A stretch of 37,040 bases of DNA from Octopus bimaculoides (taxonomy: Eukaryota), in assembly GCF_001194135.2 (NCBI RefSeq), contig NC_068981.1, forward strand, positions 88,267,490 through 88,304,529, given 5' to 3'. The translations under genes and the position numbers were made by a program. Shown one piece after another: positions 33,795 through 37,040 of the stretch (the stretch's first letter is position 1; every line of letters starts with the position of its first letter). The notes under the pieces are model-generated. The model was not told where the DNA came from. It searched no databases and was given only the letters and a program-made list of their open reading frames with translations.

Positions 33795-34025
33795 AGTTGA
33801 GGGTCTTGTCTTGCAAATTACTTGAAATTACTCGATAGTGCTGGGGCCATATAAAAAGCATTCAGTATACTCTGTAAAGTAGTTGGCATTAGGAAGGGTA
33901 TCTAACCATAGAAACCATTCCGAAGCAGACAGTGGAGCTTGGTACAGTCTTCCTACTTTCTAGTTCCTATCAAACTGTCCAACCCATACTGGTATAGAAA
34001 ACAGATGTTAAATGGTGATGATGAT
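33795..34025 (+). mobile_element. Old family E-related copy
   Basis: gttggcattaggaaggg...gtccaacccatactgg...gatgttaaatggtgatgatg. Confidence 0.7.
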
Positions 34026-35366
34026 TTAATCTTGCTATGAAATTATGCTTTGTAGATAAAACACAGGAATTATTTATGGCAGTTTGGCATGTGGATGTAA
34101 TTAGTTATAGCAAGATTTGTAATGTGTTGAGAGTGAGGCAGAAACATGGTCCAAGTGATCATAGGGGAGGAGTGTAAGCATAAGTATTTTTCAATAGAAG
34201 GAATGTCCTTTGTAGATAAAAGGATGGGTTGTATAATAGATCTGAAGTGTTAAGTAGATAGATTGCATAATAGATTTAACAGCTCCACTTTTATTATTAT
34301 GGGCTATTATTATATCATAATTATGATGGGGTGGTTGATAAAAGAACACAAGTACCACCAAATCTCAACAAACTCATTTCCAAGGAGAACTGGTCAAAGT
34401 AAAGAAGAATAAGTTATATGAAGCCCTAATAAGAACTGTCTAAAAACACTTGATAACTGGGGTATTGTTATTTTAAGTAGGGAGTAGCCTTGTGAGGAAA
34501 AATTCCAGTCCAGTGTTCTAGTACTTTAGGGACTACTTTTGGTTTAGGTTTTAATTGCTTTGTCAGAGGAGGAAGGAAGGACATATGACTTTTTACAGGG
34601 TTTCTCAAGATTGGTGAGAGAAGGGGAGGAATAAACAGGGCTTATTGAGTTTCTGCCATATTTTTTGTAATGGCTTTGTCCAGTGAAAGGAGCTGCAAGT
34701 AATACCGTTGCAAACCACTCCAAGAGTGGTAATATCAATGTGGTTGATTTCTTGAACACCTGCAGGACAAACATGAGCAAGTGGGGATTTCAAGAGAACT
34801 GTTGTTCTGAAGAAGGTGGATTGGAAATAAGGATTAGTGTAAAACTTGGGCAGCATACACTATACAGATAACAAGAGTAGAAGAGATAAGTGAATGGGTG
34901 AGTTCTGAAGATCAGATGGTACTGTAGCACTGGTAGAAAAGACAGAATCTGCAGGCAGCATGTCTATGAGTCAGGTTGGTGTGAATCAGAGGTTGGTGTG
35001 AGTCAGAGATTGGTGTGAATCAGAAGTTAGTAAAGTAAAAATAGGAAGGAAAAATGTCAAGAAAAGCAATACTTCAGGAGAAGTCATCATTTTAAATTTA
35101 GTGGTTGATAAGATTAAAGTATCTGGGAGCCAGCAGACTCTCATCTTGTTAGGTAGTTGATCTCAGGTTTTTCTAATTTATTCATCATCCAAAATTCCAA
35201 GTTGTCCCATTTGTATGAGAGGGTAGACAAAAGTATCTGGATTGAAATCACAAGATTCAGTACATCAATGTATCAAGTTATCTTCAAACTAGAGACCAGG
35301 TCTAAACCAGTGAGGTAATCACTTAATTTACCAGAAATAGCAGCCAAATCCTTTCAAATCACTATC

Positions 35367-35406
<40 letters not shown>

Positions 35407-35416
35407 TGATAATAAT

Positions 35417-36023
35417 ATAACCAGCCAATGTACACCACTAACCCAGAAGGAATATAAGAGACACCACAACAATATAGCCAGGCTTGTCCATTGGACACTT
35501 TGCCACAAGTATGGACTTGACAGAGCAAAAAGTTGGTACAACCACAAACCTGAAGGCATCGTCAAAAATAGAAATGCAAAGATCCTATGGGATTTTATGA
35601 TTCAGTGCGACCATGAGATAGAGAATAGGAAGCCAGACATAGTCTTAATTGACAAAGAAAACAGACTATGCTGGATTATAGATATAGCATATCCAGCTGA
35701 CAACAAGGCATGCAATAAGGAAGAAAGAAAAGTTGAAAAATATGACAGGTTAGCTTGGGAAGTTAAGCAGTTGTGGTCAATGAAAAAGGTAGCAGTAGTA
35801 CTAATAATTGTCGGAGCCCTGGGAACAGTGAGCAAAAATCTCAAGAAGTACGTGGAACAAATAGTGGCTGCAATAAGAGTGGAGCACTTGCAGAAAACAG
35901 CACTGCTTGGAACCGCATGAATACTCCGGAAGGTGCTCAAAAAATAAGAGGCATTACCTTAGTTCACTGGTAGTGAACAGCTGACACTGTAGTACATCTC
36001 CAGCATTAGAAGCTGTGCAAAAG
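35417..36023 (+). mobile_element. 5'-truncated R4/Dong-clade non-LTR retrotransposon, subfamily i (restriction-like endonuclease domain)
   Basis: Open frame 35417-35917: ITSQCTPLTQKEYKRHHNNIARLVHWTLCHKYG...KILWDFMIQCDHEIENRKPDIVLIDKENRLCWIIDIA...VGALGTV...LQKTALLGTA*ILRKVLKK*. One nonsense codon (35918-35920), native stop 35945-35947. Both flanks are (TAA)n. Confidence 0.9.
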
Positions 36024-36219
36024 CAATAATAATAATAATAATGTAGTTCTAGGTGTGGGAAAAAGATGGGATGGCCATAACAGAAACACCTGTTTAAACG
36101 GAGCGAAACGACAATAACTTGCATGGATGAACTCTGTTAATGGCACCCATAATCCAAGGTGATGCTAAACCAAGTGGCATGTTAAGTTTTCCACTCATGA
36201 ACATGTTCAGTCCATGTAA

Positions 36220-36375
36220 CCAACCTGTGCTCAGTTTCTGTCTACTCAGTTTCACTCACAAGGTTTGAGTTTACTGAAGATTATAGCAATGAAACACTTA
36301 TTCAAGGTACCATGCAGTGAGGATTGAACTTTTAGCTGCATGATTCACAGAGTAAACTGTTTAACCACACAACCA
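36220..36375 (-). mobile_element. Old SINE family C-related copy
   Basis: cagtttctgtctactc...cactcacaagg...cacttattcaaggtaccatgcagtg...gattgaac. Confidence 0.6.
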
Positions 36376-36698
36376 TATCTCAACCCGTACTTATGTAAAA
36401 ATACACAAAATTATTGGAGAAGATGTTGAGATTGTTATTAGAAGGTGGTGGGAGGAAGAATTATGTGAATAATAATTAACTGAAAGAATTTTTGTTTTTA
36501 ATTCATTTTCATCTATATAATTATTTTGTTTCAGTTATACATGCAATTTTACCTCAGTGGATTTTTAACCTTTTTCGTACTTTAACACATGATATTTAAA
36601 CAACTTGGGTTTTCTGTTTTCATTTTCTTATCTAGCTTTTCCTTAGGATTCTTCACCTGTTATTTCTTCAGAAATGTAAATTCAGTGTTATCTTGAAA

Positions 36699-36748
36699 TA
36701 GTGATATAAGGTATCCAGCATCCACATGCTGGATACCTTATATCACTA
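36699..36748. repeat. Perfect 23-bp hairpin with 4-nt loop
   Basis: tagtgatataaggtatccagcat-ccac-atgctggataccttatatcacta. Confidence 0.95.
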
Positions 36749-36992
36749 CATAACTTATTTTCCAACATAACTTATTTTCAGGAATTTTATGGGAAAAAAG
36801 AAAAGGTGTATTCTGTATTTGCATCTACAAGTACACATAAATATACATAACAAAAACTTTTTAAATTTAAGTGTGCATATATAGAAAACAGGTGTACATA
36901 AATTTAATTCTTGAAGGCAATTCATGGATATTACTTCTACACAAGTGACTCTCTTCTCATATAACTATATATGTTTGCGTGAATGCATATCA

Positions 36993-37040
<48 letters not shown>

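Noticed and set aside
34544-34871. Overlapping 62-83 aa ORFs, possible LINE ORF1 zinc knuckle
   Set aside because: Cys/His spacing does not fit CX2CX4HX4C, and I cannot assign a family by eye.

Overview
AT-rich, repeat-saturated animal genomic DNA from a gapped short-read scaffold (12 N-runs, about 4.6 kb). The repeat content (tRNA-headed SINEs ending in (TA/TG)n, (TTA)n or (GAT)n, plus very dense microsatellites) points to a coleoid cephalopod, most likely Octopus. That assignment is my inference, not a database result. No cellular protein-coding gene can be confidently called, and almost all ORF-track entries are microsatellite or gap read-through. What can be supported: about 30 copies of at least five SINE-like families; three different 5'-truncated R4/Dong-type LINE ends embedded in (TAA)n/(TGA)n arrays (35417-36023 keeps a nearly intact restriction-like endonuclease domain); two TTAA-flanked piggyBac-type MITE families; mariner, Tc1 and hAT relics; several fold-back hairpins; and an old local duplication (about 28095-29720 vs 30905-31685). 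The duplication supplies empty sites for three insertions. It also carries an unusually conserved core of about 105 nt with G-U-compensated pairing and a retained ANANNA box, a candidate structured ncRNA and the most intriguing unexplained signal here.
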